Below the pieces are notes generated by a model. The model had not been told where the DNA came from. It worked only from the letters and a program-made list of their open reading frames with translations, and did no database searches. A stretch of 64,000 bases of DNA from Octopus sinensis (Eukaryota). Shown piece by piece: positions 25,965 through 38,874 of this stretch. The stretch spans positions 3,596,001 through 3,660,000 of the forward strand of contig NC_043023.1 of NCBI RefSeq assembly GCF_006345805.1, in the 5' to 3' direction. The translations under genes were made by a program, and so were the position numbers. Positions within the stretch are counted from its first letter, which is position 1; every line of letters begins with the position of its first letter.

Positions 25965-27221
25965 TTGTGCATGCCTTTTCTTCATTGGACACTAAACTCT
26001 GCTTGCGAAGACCAGTTGAGGCAAGTGAAGTCGAAATCAAATTCGGTGACTGGCATCCGTTGCTAGTGGAGTGCCAAAAGTACCATATGAGTGAGATCGT
26101 TGCCAGAGCAACAAGCTGGCCTCTGTGCTGAGGCACATAAAAAGCACCATTCAAGTGTGATCATTACCGCGTCGCCTTACCAGCACTTGTGCTGGTGGCG
26201 TGTGAAACATTCGAGCGAGGTTGTCACCAGTGCCGCTGGATTGGCTGTTGTGCAGGTAGCACGTAAAAAGCACCATTTGGACGTGAACCTTGCCAGTACC
26301 ACCGAACTGGCCCTCATGCCGGTGGCACGTAAAAGCATCCACAACACTCTTGGAGTGGTTGGTGTTAGGAAGGGCATCCAGCTGTAGAAACTCTGCCAGA
26401 TCAGATTGGAGCCTGGTGCAGCCATCTGGTTTGCCAGTCCTCAGTCAAATCGTCCAACCCATGCTAGCATGGAAAGTGGACGTTAAACGATGATGATGAA
26501 ATATATATATATATATATATATTGCTGTGTGGAAACAAGCTGACTTCCTAACCACATAGTTCTGGGTTCAGTCCCACTGAGTGGCACCATGGGAAAGTGT
26601 CTTTTTCTCCAGCCTCAAACCAACCAAAGCCTTTTGAGTGGGTTTTGTAGACAGAAACTGGGAGAAGCCTGTTGTGTGTGAGTATATTACCACTTGACAA
26701 CCAATGTTGGTGTATTTACGTCCTCATAACTTAGCAGTTCGGCAAAAGAGAACTGATAGAATAAGTACCAGGTTTAGCAAAAAAAATTAAGTTGATTCAG
26801 TTGACTAAAAATTCTTCAAGGCAGTGCCCCAGCATGGCCATAGTCTAGTAACTGAAAAGACACCATCTTGGTGACACATAAGAGGCACCTGCACTGGTAA
26901 CACATAAGAGGTACCAGTACCAGTGACATGTACAAGGTACCCATACCAGTGACACATAAAAGGCACCCAGTACCCTCTGTGGAGTGGTTGGCATTAGGAA
27001 GGGCATCTAGCTATAGAAACCATGCCAAACTAGAATGGAGCTTTTACAAGTCTCCGGCTTATCAGTTCCAGTCAGTGTCTAACTTGTGCCAGCTGGTGCA
27101 GCCTTCTGGCTTCACAGACCCCAGTTGAACCGTCCAACCCATTCTAGCATGGAAAGCGGATGCTAAACGAAGATGATATATTTTTGTATTTGGTTTGCAA
27201 GATTCTTTATATGTATATATA

Positions 27222-27436
27222 TGAAGGGGGCTGAAAAGTCCCTGGCTTTGGGTAAGACAAAATTACAGGAGGATCAGTTAATTATGATTTTATCCAACAT
27301 ATTCCCCTCTCAGATTCACACTCATTGCAGCAGTCCTTCAGTTTTTCTAAACCCTACAAAAGACCTCAGAAGGTAGGGCCTCCACCCAAGCCTATCATGA
27401 TACCCTTAATGCCAGGAACTTTTCGGCACCCCCTTG
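27222..27436. mobile_element. mariner-like MITE
   Basis: TA TSD. TIRs GAAGGGGGCTGAAAAGTCCCTGGC / GCCAGGAACTTTTCGGCACCCCCTTG. Related copies at 30225-30443 and about 29300-29505. Confidence 0.75.
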
Positions 27437-28329
27437 TATTGTACATGAGTGGAACTATATGTCTGTGTGGGTGGGTGGGTAAGATCGGGTGGAGTTCCAG
27501 TCAGTGTCTAACTTGTGCCAGCATGGAATGATGATCACATACACACACATATGCAAACACATAAATCTCAAAAATTAATAGACACCCATCGTTATAATGT
27601 TTTACTCATTAGTATGTTACCCAAACAAATCATTAAAAAGTATGTCTGTTAGATATCAGATTAACTAAGTAACTTGCATCAAATGACATTGCTTCTAGAA
27701 AGAAATCTCAAACAAAAATGATGGTGACTCTATACTTTTGTGATACTCTTTTACTTGTTTCAGTCATTTGACTGCGGCCATGCTGGAGCACTGCCTTTAG
27801 TCGAGTAACTCGACCCCGGGACTTATTCTTTTGTAAGCCCAGTACTTATTCTATCGGTCTCTTTTGCAGAACCACTAAGTAACGGGGACATAAACACACC
27901 AGCATCGGTTGTCAAGCAATGCTAGGGGGACAAACACAGACACACACACACATATACACACATACATATATATACATATATATGACGGGCTTCTTTCAGT
28001 TTCCGTCTACCAAATTCACTCACAAGGCTTTGGTCAGCCCGAGGCTATAGTAGAAGACACTTGCCCAAGGTGCCACGCAGTGGGACTGAACCTGGAACCA
28101 TGTGGTTGGTAAACAAGCTACTTACCACACAGCCACTCCTGCTCCTGATGTCTGTGAATTCACAGCAGGTTTTGATAGGATAGTCAATAACATATATCCC
28201 TTTGTGCAAACCCTGTGAAGTAAGGAAACATACAGAGAACTTCATGCACCAGATGCAGTTCTTTGACAACAATGAAAAAGACAGATTCATGATATTACAA
28301 GAGAAAGCAAAGAAATAAAATTAGAGAAT

Positions 28330-29200
28330 ATAACAAAGGATACAAATGGAACTTTAATAAAGTATGGAGTAGGCTATAAAGGATTAATAAGGTAGACAGG
28401 GTAAGCACATGGTACAACAATGACAAGTTCCAAAGGGTGGTGTTTATAGATGGAGTATAGGATCGCGGTTTCGATTCTCAGACCGGGCGTTGTGAGTGTT
28501 TATTGAGCGAAAACACCTAAAAAGCTCCACGAGGCTCCGGCAGGTGGTGGTGGATCCCTGCTGTACTCTTTCACCACAACTTTCTCTCACTCTTACTTCC
28601 TGTTTCTGTTGTACCTGTATTTCAAAGGGCCGGCCTTGTCACTCTCTGTGTCACGCTGAATATCCCCGAGAACTACGTTAAGGGTACACGTGTCTGTGGA
28701 GTGCTCAGCCACTTACACGTTAATTTCACGAGCAGGCTGTTCCGTTGATTCGGATCAACCGGAACCCTCGTCGTCGTAACCGACGGAGTGCTTCCATTCC
28801 ATTAGCGTGTAGATTTAGGAAAGCTCTAAGTAATGTTAAACTTGGAATTAAGGTAGTCGACAAATCAATTAGGTCACAGGTAAGTAGAACATACCCCTTT
28901 AATAGAACCACATGTACAATTAGGAAATTGCATTGTGTGTAAAACAAAGCGTAAGATCAACTGTAAAATGAAAAGCATAGTTTATCAACTGAAATGCATA
29001 GAAAGTATGTGTAGGAACTCAACCACAGCATATATTGGAGAAACTGCCATAAGCATAGTAGAAACAATGGAGGCTCATTGGAATGAATATTGTGATAAGA
29101 AACTAATGTCATTGTATCGGCTTTCCAGGGATAAATATGATGGCATGCTGAATGAATAGCTATAAAGATCTTTTCCATATATCTTTATGACAGATACAGG
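28330..29200 (+). mobile_element. Second Penelope-like remnant (GIY-YIG region), split by a SINE at 28459-28797
   Basis: RTYPF...C...CVCKTKRKINCKMKSIVYQLKC...C...AYIGET...E.H pattern. Confidence 0.7.
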
Positions 29201-29880
29201 AGAGAAAATTAGGAGACCATCACTTAATAAAGAAAGCAACTTAAAAATGTAGAGACCACACCACCACCAAAGTGATATGTTAAATACACATCTGTGTACA
29301 CAAAGGGGTTCTGAAAAGATCCTGGCTTTGGGTAAGAGAAAGTACAGGCAGATCAGTTAATTGTGATTTTATCCAATATATTCCCCTCTCAGATTTACCC
29401 AACTATTGCAGTCATCCTTTAGTTTTTCTAAGCCCTGTAAAAGAACTCAGAAGGTTGGGCCCCCACCCAGGCCTTTCATGATACTCTTAAAGCCAGGAAC
29501 TATTGAAAAGGTTGCAAGATACAATAAAAATTTTAGAAAAAATAAATAAGTAAATGAGTGGAAATCGAACTGGTGAGTGTGTTAAAGAATAAGGCACTAA
29601 AAGAGAATGACTCTCCCCAGACACAATAAAATATGCTTCAACACACGAATTCACATAAAGAATCTTGCAAACCAAATCCAAAAATGAAATATATATATAT
29701 ATGTATATATAGGTGCAGGAGTGGTTGTGTGGTAAGTAGCTTGCTTACCAACCACATGGTTCCGGGTTCAGTCCCACTGCATAGCACCTTGGGCAAGTGT
29801 CTTCTACTATAGCCTTGGGCCAACCAAAGCCTTGTGAGTGGATTTGGTAAACGGAAACTGAAAGAAGCCCATCATGTGTG

Positions 29881-29920
<40 letters not shown>

Positions 29921-30146
29921 CAAGTATATGTTTGTGTGTCTGTGTTTGTCTCCCCCAACATTGCTTGACAACCAATGGTGGTGTGTTTATGTCCCTGTCA
30001 CTTAACGGTTCGGCAAAAGAGACCGATAGAATAAGTACTAGGCTTACAAAGGATAAGTCCTGGGGTCGATTTGCTCGACTAAAGGCGGTGCTCCAGCATG
30101 GCCACACTCAAATGACTGAAATAAATAGAAGAATAAAAGAAAGAAA

Positions 30147-30177
<31 letters not shown>

Positions 30178-30224
30178 TAGTTTTTGTATTTCGTTTGCAA
30201 GATTCTTTATATGTATATATATTA

Positions 30225-30443
30225 TGAGGGGGGGGGGCTGAAAAGTCCCTGGCTTTGAGTAAGACAAAATACAGATGGATCAGTTAAATATGATTTAATT
30301 CAACATATTCCTCTTTCAGATTCACACTTATTGCAGTGGTCCTTCAGGTTTTCTAAGCCCTGTAAAAAGAACTCAGAAGGTTGGGCCTCCAACCAGGCCT
30401 TTCACGATACCCTTAATGCCAGGAACTTTTCAGCACTTCCTTG
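30225..30443. mobile_element. mariner-like MITE (same family and same flanks as 27222-27436)
   Basis: TA TSD and TIRs. Both flanks are shared with the 27.2-kb copy. Confidence 0.75.
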
Positions 30444-30887
30444 TATTGTACACGAGTGGAACTATATGTCTGTGTGTATGGGTGGGTGGGTAAGATCGGG
30501 TGGAGTTCAAATAGACTTTTTATTTCTCAAATTATTTCTGTGAATCATTTAAAAAAAAAAAAAAGAAAACAAGAAAATATCAATAAATTGTAATTTGAAC
30601 CACACCATCCTATAAACAAACACAACAGATGGACCATAAACACAAACACATGTTGGTGCCCCACATGCGTCCCTGCCCCACATGCGTCCCTGCCCCACAT
30701 GCGTCCCTGCCCCACGTCCAGTCATAAAGACAGGATCGATACATAATGATATAAACAAACTAACATCACCACCTATCCTCGTCAAAAATCTAACACTGTA
30801 TACACACCTGAATGCACATGTGCATGTACACATACACGCTTCTAATGTATTTACTGAACAAAGTATAGCACACATACACATAAGGGT

Positions 30888-30929
<42 letters not shown>

Positions 30930-31389
30930 ACAGAGTTACATATTCTCTTTAATCGAAATCGTTCAAAATCAATGGAAATTGTAGCCGAGATACCAGTGCC
31001 GGTGGCACATAAGAGAACCATCCAAGCGTGGCCGTTGCCAGCGCCGCCTCGACTGGCCTCCGTGCTGGTGGCACGTAAAAACAACCATCCGATTGTGGCC
31101 ATTTGCCAGCCTCGTCTGGCACGTAAAAAGCACCCACTACACTCATGGAGTGGTTGGCGCTGGGAAGGGCATCCAGCAGTAGAAACACTGCCAGATCAGA
31201 CTGGGTCTGGTGCAGCCTTCTGGCTTCCCAGACCCCAGTTGAACCGTCCAACCCATGCTAGCATGGAAAACGGATGCTAAACGATGATGATGTAGCTACT
31301 GACTCGAGTATACCACAAACACGCAAGAGAGTGTGTGCACTCACACAAAGCACAAGAGCACACTGACACAAGAGCACACACGTGCTTAG

Positions 31390-31890
31390 CGGTATTTCGT
31401 CTGCCGTTACGTTCTGGGTCAACTTTGCCTTTCATCCTTTCGGGGTCGATAAATTAAGTACCAGTTACGCACTGGGGTCGATATAATCGACTTAATCCCT
31501 TTGTCTGTCCTTGTTTGTCCCCTCTGTGTTTAGCCCCTTGTGGGTAGTAAAGAAATAGGTATTTCGTCTGTCGTTACGTTCTGAGTTCAAATTCCGCCAA
31601 GGTCGACTTTGCCTTTCATCTTTCAGGGTCGATAGATTAAATACCAGTTATGCACTGGGGTTGATATAACCGACTTAATCCGTTTGTCTGTCCTTGTTTG
31701 TCCTCTCTGTGTTTAGCCCCTTGTGGGTAGTAAAGAAATAGGCATTTCATCTGCCGTTACATTCTGAGTTCAAATTCCGCCGAGGTCGACTTTGCCTTTC
31801 ATCTTTCGGGGTCGATAGATTAAATACCAGTTACGCACTGGGGTTGATATAACTGACTTAATCCGTTTGTCTGTCCTTGTTTGTCCCCTC
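31390..31890 (+). repeat. About 3 tandem copies (about 182 bp) of a related SINE-core unit
   Basis: Unit starts near 31392, 31559, 31741. Confidence 0.85.
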
Positions 31891-32249
31891 CGTGTGTATT
31901 ACTGTATACTGAGAAATAATGTTTATCACCACATCGATATGGCTATTTCAACCCCAAGCAGAACCTCCACCAGCTGGTTACCTGTGCAACCTGCACCTTG
32001 TATACATTGCAAGCAGGGAATCAAATCCCTGCCATTCTGTAGTAGATGACGGGATTACAGGACCAAATAATTTTGGGCTATACAGTTCTATGTTTAAGAG
32101 ATGAGGAATTAAGTACACTGTTTACATTCGACGGATATTTGTCCTCATTTGCAGAATAAGAAATTACTAAATGAAAAAATATTTTATATTATAAAAATCA
32201 TGAAATAAAAAAGGGCGTTACTTCTGCCACACCTTGTATATAAAAGTGT

Positions 32250-32630
32250 AGAGTGGAGTGAAAGCATTTGAAGAGGTCAGGATAATGAATGCAAGGGTCA
32301 AAAGAGATTTAAGGAAGAATGTTACGATCGAGAGGGTGAATAACAATGACTTTTTTGTGTGCACAGGTTGTGACAGACCATGCTGGACTCAAATCTCATT
32401 TGTGAACTCATGGAAAACAAACCTCCACAAACTATTCTGCCTATATGTCCGTGCACACCTTTCAATGAAATGTATGTCAGAAAGTTTGCTTATTTAATGG
32501 AGGCCTCAAAAGACATTTAAAGATCCATAAAGATCAGAACTTAACTGCAGCTCTTGGTGGGCCAAATCGGATATGCAATCTATGTAGGTGTCTTTTCAAA
32601 ACAGATGCCATGATGGTCCTAAGGTTTAGG
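32250..32630 (+). mobile_element. LINE-type C-terminal C2H2 zinc-finger remnant
   Basis: Frameshifted CTGCDRPC...GLKSHL, GGLKRHLKIH and CNLCRC.FKT. A similar remnant lies at 40985-41160 (CATCGKVCLSAGRMKRHVKRLH). Confidence 0.55.
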
Positions 32631-32697
32631 TACAGGAGGTGGTCAAACTCTGCACAAGAAGTAGAAAACCACCATATATATATATATATATATACAC

Positions 32698-32739
<42 letters not shown>

Positions 32740-32750
32740 TACTGTGAAGC

Positions 32751-33136
32751 GGAGGCGCAATGGCCCAGTGGTCAGGGCAGCGGACTCGCGGTCATAGGAT
32801 CGCGGTTTCGATTCCCAGACTGGGCGTTGTGAGTGTTTATTGAGCGAAAACACCTAAAGCTCCACAAGGCTCCATCAGGGGATGGTGGTGATCCCTGCTG
32901 TACTCTTTCGCCACAACTTTCTCTCACTCTTACTTCCTGTTTCTGTTGTACCTGTATTTCAAAGGGCCGGCCTTGTCACTCTCTGTGTCACGCTGAATAT
33001 CCCCGAGAACTACGTTAAGGGTGCACGTGTCTGTGGAGTGCTCAGCCACTTACACGTTAATTTCACGAGCAGGCTGTTCCGTTGATTCGGATCAACCGGA
33101 ACCCTCGTCGTCGTAACCGACGGAGTGCTTCGATCC
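32751..33136 (+). mobile_element. tRNA-derived SINE family B (tail 1) with 10-bp TSD
   Basis: TSD actgtgaagc at 32741-32750 and 33137-33146. Other copies at 40597-40978 and 28459-28797. Confidence 0.9.
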
Positions 33137-33156
33137 ACTGTGAAGCATTGTGAAGA

Positions 33157-33644
33157 ATATATTGTCTAAAAGATCATGGGTGAGGCCAAAACAATGCGAA
33201 GTAAATGCAAGGTAAGTCACAAGAAAATAGATATGTGAATTAATGTAGACTTACCTTGTATTCAATATTTCAGGGTTATGACCCCATTTTCTAGAAATTG
33301 ACAAATGTTGCTGATGTGTGGGTGGGGAGTGGACATACACAAAAGGGTGTTGCTATAGCAACCAGCTAGCTTCCTGCAACTCTCTTCTATTGTTGATTTC
33401 GGGCTCAACAATAGAAGAAAGTTTCAGGAAGCTAGCTGGTTGCTATAGCAACGCCCTTCTGCACATGTCCACTCCCCACCCAAACATCAGCAACGTTTGT
33501 CAGTTTCTTGAAAATGGGGTCATAACCCTGAAATATTGAATACAAGGTAAGTCTACATTAATTCACATATTTGTTTTCTTGTGATTTACCTTGCATTTAC
33601 TTAGCATTGTTTTGGCCTCACCCACGATCCTTTATACAATATAT
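33157..33644. mobile_element. Large foldback palindrome (about 240-bp arms, 8-nt loop 33397-33404)
   Basis: The arms are colinear reverse complements with scattered mismatches. Confidence 0.9.
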
Positions 33645-33802
33645 ATATATATATATATATTCAAATCTGGAGATTCTACTAGAGATGATGCAAGTGCTAA
33701 TATATGATATATAACAACATGTGACATATTAATACAAATCTGTAAATATAAAACCATCCAGATCTCTGAGTACCTTATTTCTTCTGATATATCATCATCA
33801 TC

Positions 33803-34330
33803 GTTATGTCAGGTCACTTTCGAGTGCTACTGGTAACATGTAACCCAGTACAACCTGTTGCATGGCTGGGTCATCAGCGACTAAACCGGCAACCCCACCA
33901 AGCTTGCTTGGTGAGGAGGGTGTTTATTGGTCACCCTGCGGGATGAAAAACAAAACCCGTCAAAGGGCGGAGGAACTTTTGAGTGTCAACGGCCATCCAA
34001 TAAATATTTTAAGGATGTATCATGCGCGGGGACATAGAAATAATCGGACTGAATACCCGATCGCGCGGTTAAATCACTGGGAGTGAAGGACTCATAGCCT
34101 TTGTTAGGGCATCCTTCTAGGAGAAGGTAACTCAGGTAACTGGGAGAACTCCGACATAAAACCTGTGGCTCAGTGGTTACCGATGATGTTGACTTGTTCT
34201 TCTTTTCGGATTATGGCTGCTGTTGCTTAGTGAGTGGAATTGACTCAGTGCACAGCCTTTCCTCACTTTAAAAAAGGATCTTCTTGCACTGGCATTGCAC
34301 GATAACAACATTGATTAAGCTTTGTGCAAT
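33803..34330 (+). mobile_element. RTE-like LINE 5' region
   Basis: Contains ttagggcatccttctaggagaaggtaactc, which resembles the RTE 5' UTR motif as I recall it. An inverted partial copy lies at about 37535-37798. Confidence 0.5.
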
Positions 34331-36069
34331 GGCCCCACTCGATAACGAGGGGGCAGCCACCATGTATGTATATATGTATGTATGTGTATCTCCTTGTCTT
34401 GACATTGCGTGATAGGTGTCGAATAATTACCACTGTCATTCATTTCCAGTATTCCGTGAGAACCTTTCTGGGCATGGAGGAATATTACCTTGCTTGGGAA
34501 CTAATGAGGGTTGATGGCAGGAAGGGCATCCAGGCGTAGAAAACCTACCTCAAATAAACTTATGTCTGACGCATGCAATCATTGGAAAAGTAGACGTTAA
34601 AACGATGACGATGATGATGACGATATATGTCAAAGTGACATTAACTTGTCACCTATCCCAAATACTTTAGAATGCAATTAAAAAAAAGAACATAAAAATA
34701 GCCCCACCCCACCACGACCATCACACTCCAAGATCTATAAAAATCTGGTGAACGATTGATTTTTGAACATATGTGTTTATGTTGTGTCAAAGTAATTCTG
34801 GTGACAGAGGTATGTCAGAAAATATTGACGGCTCAGTTGACAATACCGTCAACCAGCCATCTGAAGTTGCTCCTTGGTTCTATGATGCAAGCTTCCTGCT
34901 TTAAACCTCTCGTATTCAGATTACTCGGTCAAATCTAATCTTGGTTTATTTACATTGTTTTGAATTAATCTCGCATTATCTTACTCTTTACTCTTTTACT
35001 TGTTTCAGTCATGTGACCGTGGTCATGCTGGAGCACCACCTTTTAGTCGAGCAAATCGACCCAAGTACTTATTCTTTGTAAGCATAGTACTTATTCTATC
35101 GGTGTCTTTTGCCGAACTGTTAAGTTACAGGGATGTAAACACACCAGCATCGGTTGTCAAGCGATGTTGGGGTGGGGGTGGACAAACACAAACATACACG
35201 CACACAAAAATATATATATATATATATATACATACACATACATACATATGACAGGCTTCTTTCAGTTTCCGTCCACCAAATCCACTCACAAGGCTTTGGT
35301 TGGTCCAAGGCTATAGTAGAAGACACTTTCCCAAGGTGCCATGCAGTGGGACTGAACCCGGAACCATGTGGTTGGTAAGCAAGATACTTACCACACAGCT
35401 ACTCTTATGTCTATCTTGTTGCTTAGAGATTTCAACGATATACTCTGTCATACTCTAATCCTTCATCATCCGGCACAAGATCCCCTCCTCCAATGCCCCC
35501 TCCCCTCTCAAAGACTCTTTGTCTTGCAAAGTCACTTGGTGACCCTGCCACTGCAGGTGCCACTTAAAAAGCTCCCGGTCCACACTGTAAAGTGGTTGGC
35601 ATTTGGAAGAGCATCCAGCTGTAAAAACCACGCCAAAACTGACTATCTCACCAGTGTGAGTGCCACATAAAAAGCACTCAGCCCACTCTGCAGAATGGTA
35701 AACCATGCCAAAACAGACACAGAAGCATGGCACATGCTCCTGCCTGGCCAGCTCCTGTCAAACCAATCAACCCTTGCCAGAATTGAAGGAGGATGTTAAA
35801 CAATGATGATTGCTTAGTTGCACAATGACATTGCAGGATTGAGGTGAGAGGCAAGATCTGGCCTGTTTCAACATCAAGCAAGTTAAATATTCTGGCCAAA
35901 CATGGCCAGTTTGAATGCTAATGGGTTTAAAGTGATCTAAATTTGAATAAAAAGAAAAAATTCCATGGGAATCTTATGTTGAATTATGTTACAAACACCA
36001 ACTTAATAACGACAAAGTTAGTTCAATAAATGCTTCATTATTTTAAAAATTGATTAAGAAAGTATATAT

Positions 36070-36610
36070 TGGCTCAGAAACCTAGACGTTACCAAAGAAG
36101 CTTGAGAGCCGGTTGGATGGAACCTACACTCGCCTCCTTATGAGAGCTCAAAATCTTTCGTGGAAGCGCCATCCAACCAAAATGCAAATATATGGGGAAA
36201 CTACCACCTGTATCATGTCTTGTGAAAGGTAGAAGAGTCCAGTTTGCTGGACATTGTTGTAGAGCTGAAAAAGAGGTAATTTCTACTCTTCTCCTCTGGA
36301 AGCCATCTACTCACAATACCAGAGGGTGCACACTCTCCTACCCAGATGTAATCTCCAGGGATACAGGCATCCAGCAACAGGACCTCCATAATGCTATGAT
36401 GGACCATGAAGTCTGGCGTAGCATGGTAAATTCCATTGTCTCGACCATGGTCACGATACCAGAGGGCGCACACTCTCCTACCCTGATGTAATCTCCAGGG
36501 ATACAGGCATCCAGCAACAGGACCTCCGTAATGCTATGATGGACCATGAAGTCTGGCGTAACATAGTAAATTCCATTGTCTCGACCACGGTCGAACAATG
36601 ATGATGATGA
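36070..36610 (+). mobile_element. RTE-clade LINE ORF2 3' end with a 140-bp tandem duplication and (GAT)n tail
   Basis: SETWTLPKKLESRLDGTYTRLL...RVQFAGHC.R...VW. Duplicated unit starts at 36316 and 36456. Confidence 0.8.
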
Positions 36611-37089
36611 TATATTGGCGCAAGTGCACCTATGTGGTAAGAAGCTTGCTTCCCAACCACATGGTTTAGGGTTCAGTCCCAATGCGTAGCACCTTGGGCA
36701 AGGATCCACTATAGCTCAACCACTAAGTTATGGGAACGTAAAGACACTGCACAGGTTGTCAAGCAGAGGTGAAGACAAACACACAAAGACACACACACAG
36801 ATATACATACATATATATATGACAGGCTTCTTTCAGTTTCCATCTACCAAATCTATTCACCAGTGTTATCCAAGGGAAAAGTAAAGGGGCCAATACAGCC
36901 TGGGACCTGTGACATCGCAACTCATTCCTACATGTTGAATGAACTTGAGCCACATGAAATACAGTGTCTTGCTCAAGAACACAACATGCAGCCTGGTCCA
37001 GGAATCGAACTCACAACCTCACGATTGTAAGCTTGACGCTCTAACCACTGAGCCTTGCACCTTCACATATATACACACACACACACACG

Positions 37090-37425
37090 AGACCCTCTTC
37101 AGTCATGACTGAACATGGGATTGCACCTAGAAAGTTACCCTCCCAGGCACAAGTCCGGGCAAGGTTGCTTATTGAAGACCAGCAGTCACCCATGCATACC
37201 GGCATCCTCTCTCCACACCACTGATGTTATCCAAGGGAAAGGCAAAGGGGCCGATACAGCTTGGCACCAGTTGATGTCGCAACTCATTTCTCCAGCTGAG
37301 TGAACTGCAGCAATGTGAAATAAAGTGTCTTGCTCAAGAACACAACACACATCCTGGTCTGGGAAATGAACTCACTACCTCACGATTGTAAGTTCGAGGC
37401 TCTAACTACTGAGCCATGCTCCTTC
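37090..37425 (-). mobile_element. tRNA-derived SINE family D
   Basis: A/B-box-like head on the minus strand. Related copies at 18520-18806 and 36860-37065. Confidence 0.75.
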
Positions 37426-37429
37426 ACAT

Positions 37430-37466
<37 letters not shown>

Positions 37467-37884
37467 TACATACACATAAATACATAGACATACATACATA
37501 CATACATACATACAATATTGTGCAATACCTGTGCAAGAAGATTCTTTTTTAAAGTGCGGAAAGGCTGTGCACTGAGTCAATCCCACTCACTAAGCAACAG
37601 CAGCCATAATCCGAAAAGAAGAACAAGTCAACATCATCGGTAACCACTGAGCCGCAGGTTTTATGTCGGAGTTATCCCAGTTACCTGAGTTACCTTCTCC
37701 TAGAAGGATGCCCTAACAAAGGCTAGGAGTCCTTCACTCCCAATGGTTAAACTGCGCGATCGGGTATTCAGTCCGATTATTTCTATGTCCCCGCACAAGA
37801 AACAGCCTTAAGCTGGATAAGATTGATATAAGGAGAGAAAAAAAAAACTAAAATAAAAGAAAATAAATAAAACATACAATGTAT

Positions 37885-38417
37885 TACTCTCTCTTTCTCT
37901 TTTATTTGTTTCAGTCATTTGACTGCGGCCATGCTGGAGCACCGCCTTTTAGTCGAGCAAATCGACCCCGGGACTCATTCTTTGTAAGCCTAGTACTTAT
38001 TCTATCGGTCTCTTTTCTCTTTTACTTGTTTCAGTCATTTGACTGCGGCCATGCTGGAGCACCGCCTTTTAGTCGAGCAAATCGACCCCGGGACTCATTC
38101 TTTGTAAGCCCAGTACTTATTCTATCAGTCTCTTTGGCTGAACTGCTAAGTGATGGGGACGTAAACACACCAGCATCAGTTGTCAAGCAATGCTATGGGG
38201 GACAAACACAGACACACAAACACACACATATACATATATATATAGACATATATACAACAGGCTTCTTTCAGTTTCCGTCTACCAAATCCACTCACAAGGC
38301 ATTGGTCAGCCCGGAGCTATAGCAGAAGACACTTGCCCAAGATGCCATGCATTGGGACTGAACCCATAACCATGTGGTTGGTTAGCAAGCTACTTACCAC
38401 ACACCCACTCCTGGGCC
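37885..38417 (-). mobile_element. SINE family A with a 120-bp internal tandem duplication
   Basis: Unit starts at 37897 and 38017, with ctctttt microhomology at the junction. Confidence 0.85.
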
Positions 38418-38874
38418 TATATATATATAAACATTGATATACAAAACATACATACATACAAAACATACATACATACACACACACACAGAGGAATACTCAG
38501 TATATGATTTCTCTTATTAAACACAGTTCAACAAATTCAATCCTATTTATGTAATGGAGGAGATCCTAATTTTTATCTTTCATGTTACAATACAATTTGT
38601 TTCATACAAAAAAATATCAACAGTTTACATATTGTCCTATCCCACTTATATTTCATGCTTTGTTAGCCACATTTCATGCATGACAGCTCACATTCCAGCA
38701 CTCAACCAATCAAATCAATAAAAAGACATTCAAAAATATCTTCCTCCTTAAATTACTTTCCTTATATGAACAGTTCTGTTATGGAACTATTAGAGCTGTG
38801 ATCACCAATTTGAGGAATATGCTCCACCAGTGGAGCCTGGGGAAATGGTTTGTCTTTTTTTCTTTTAGTTGGAT

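Noticed and set aside
32751-32830. tRNA-like sequences at SINE heads
   Set aside because: A/B boxes are present but they continue into SINE bodies with TSDs, so they are not tRNA genes.
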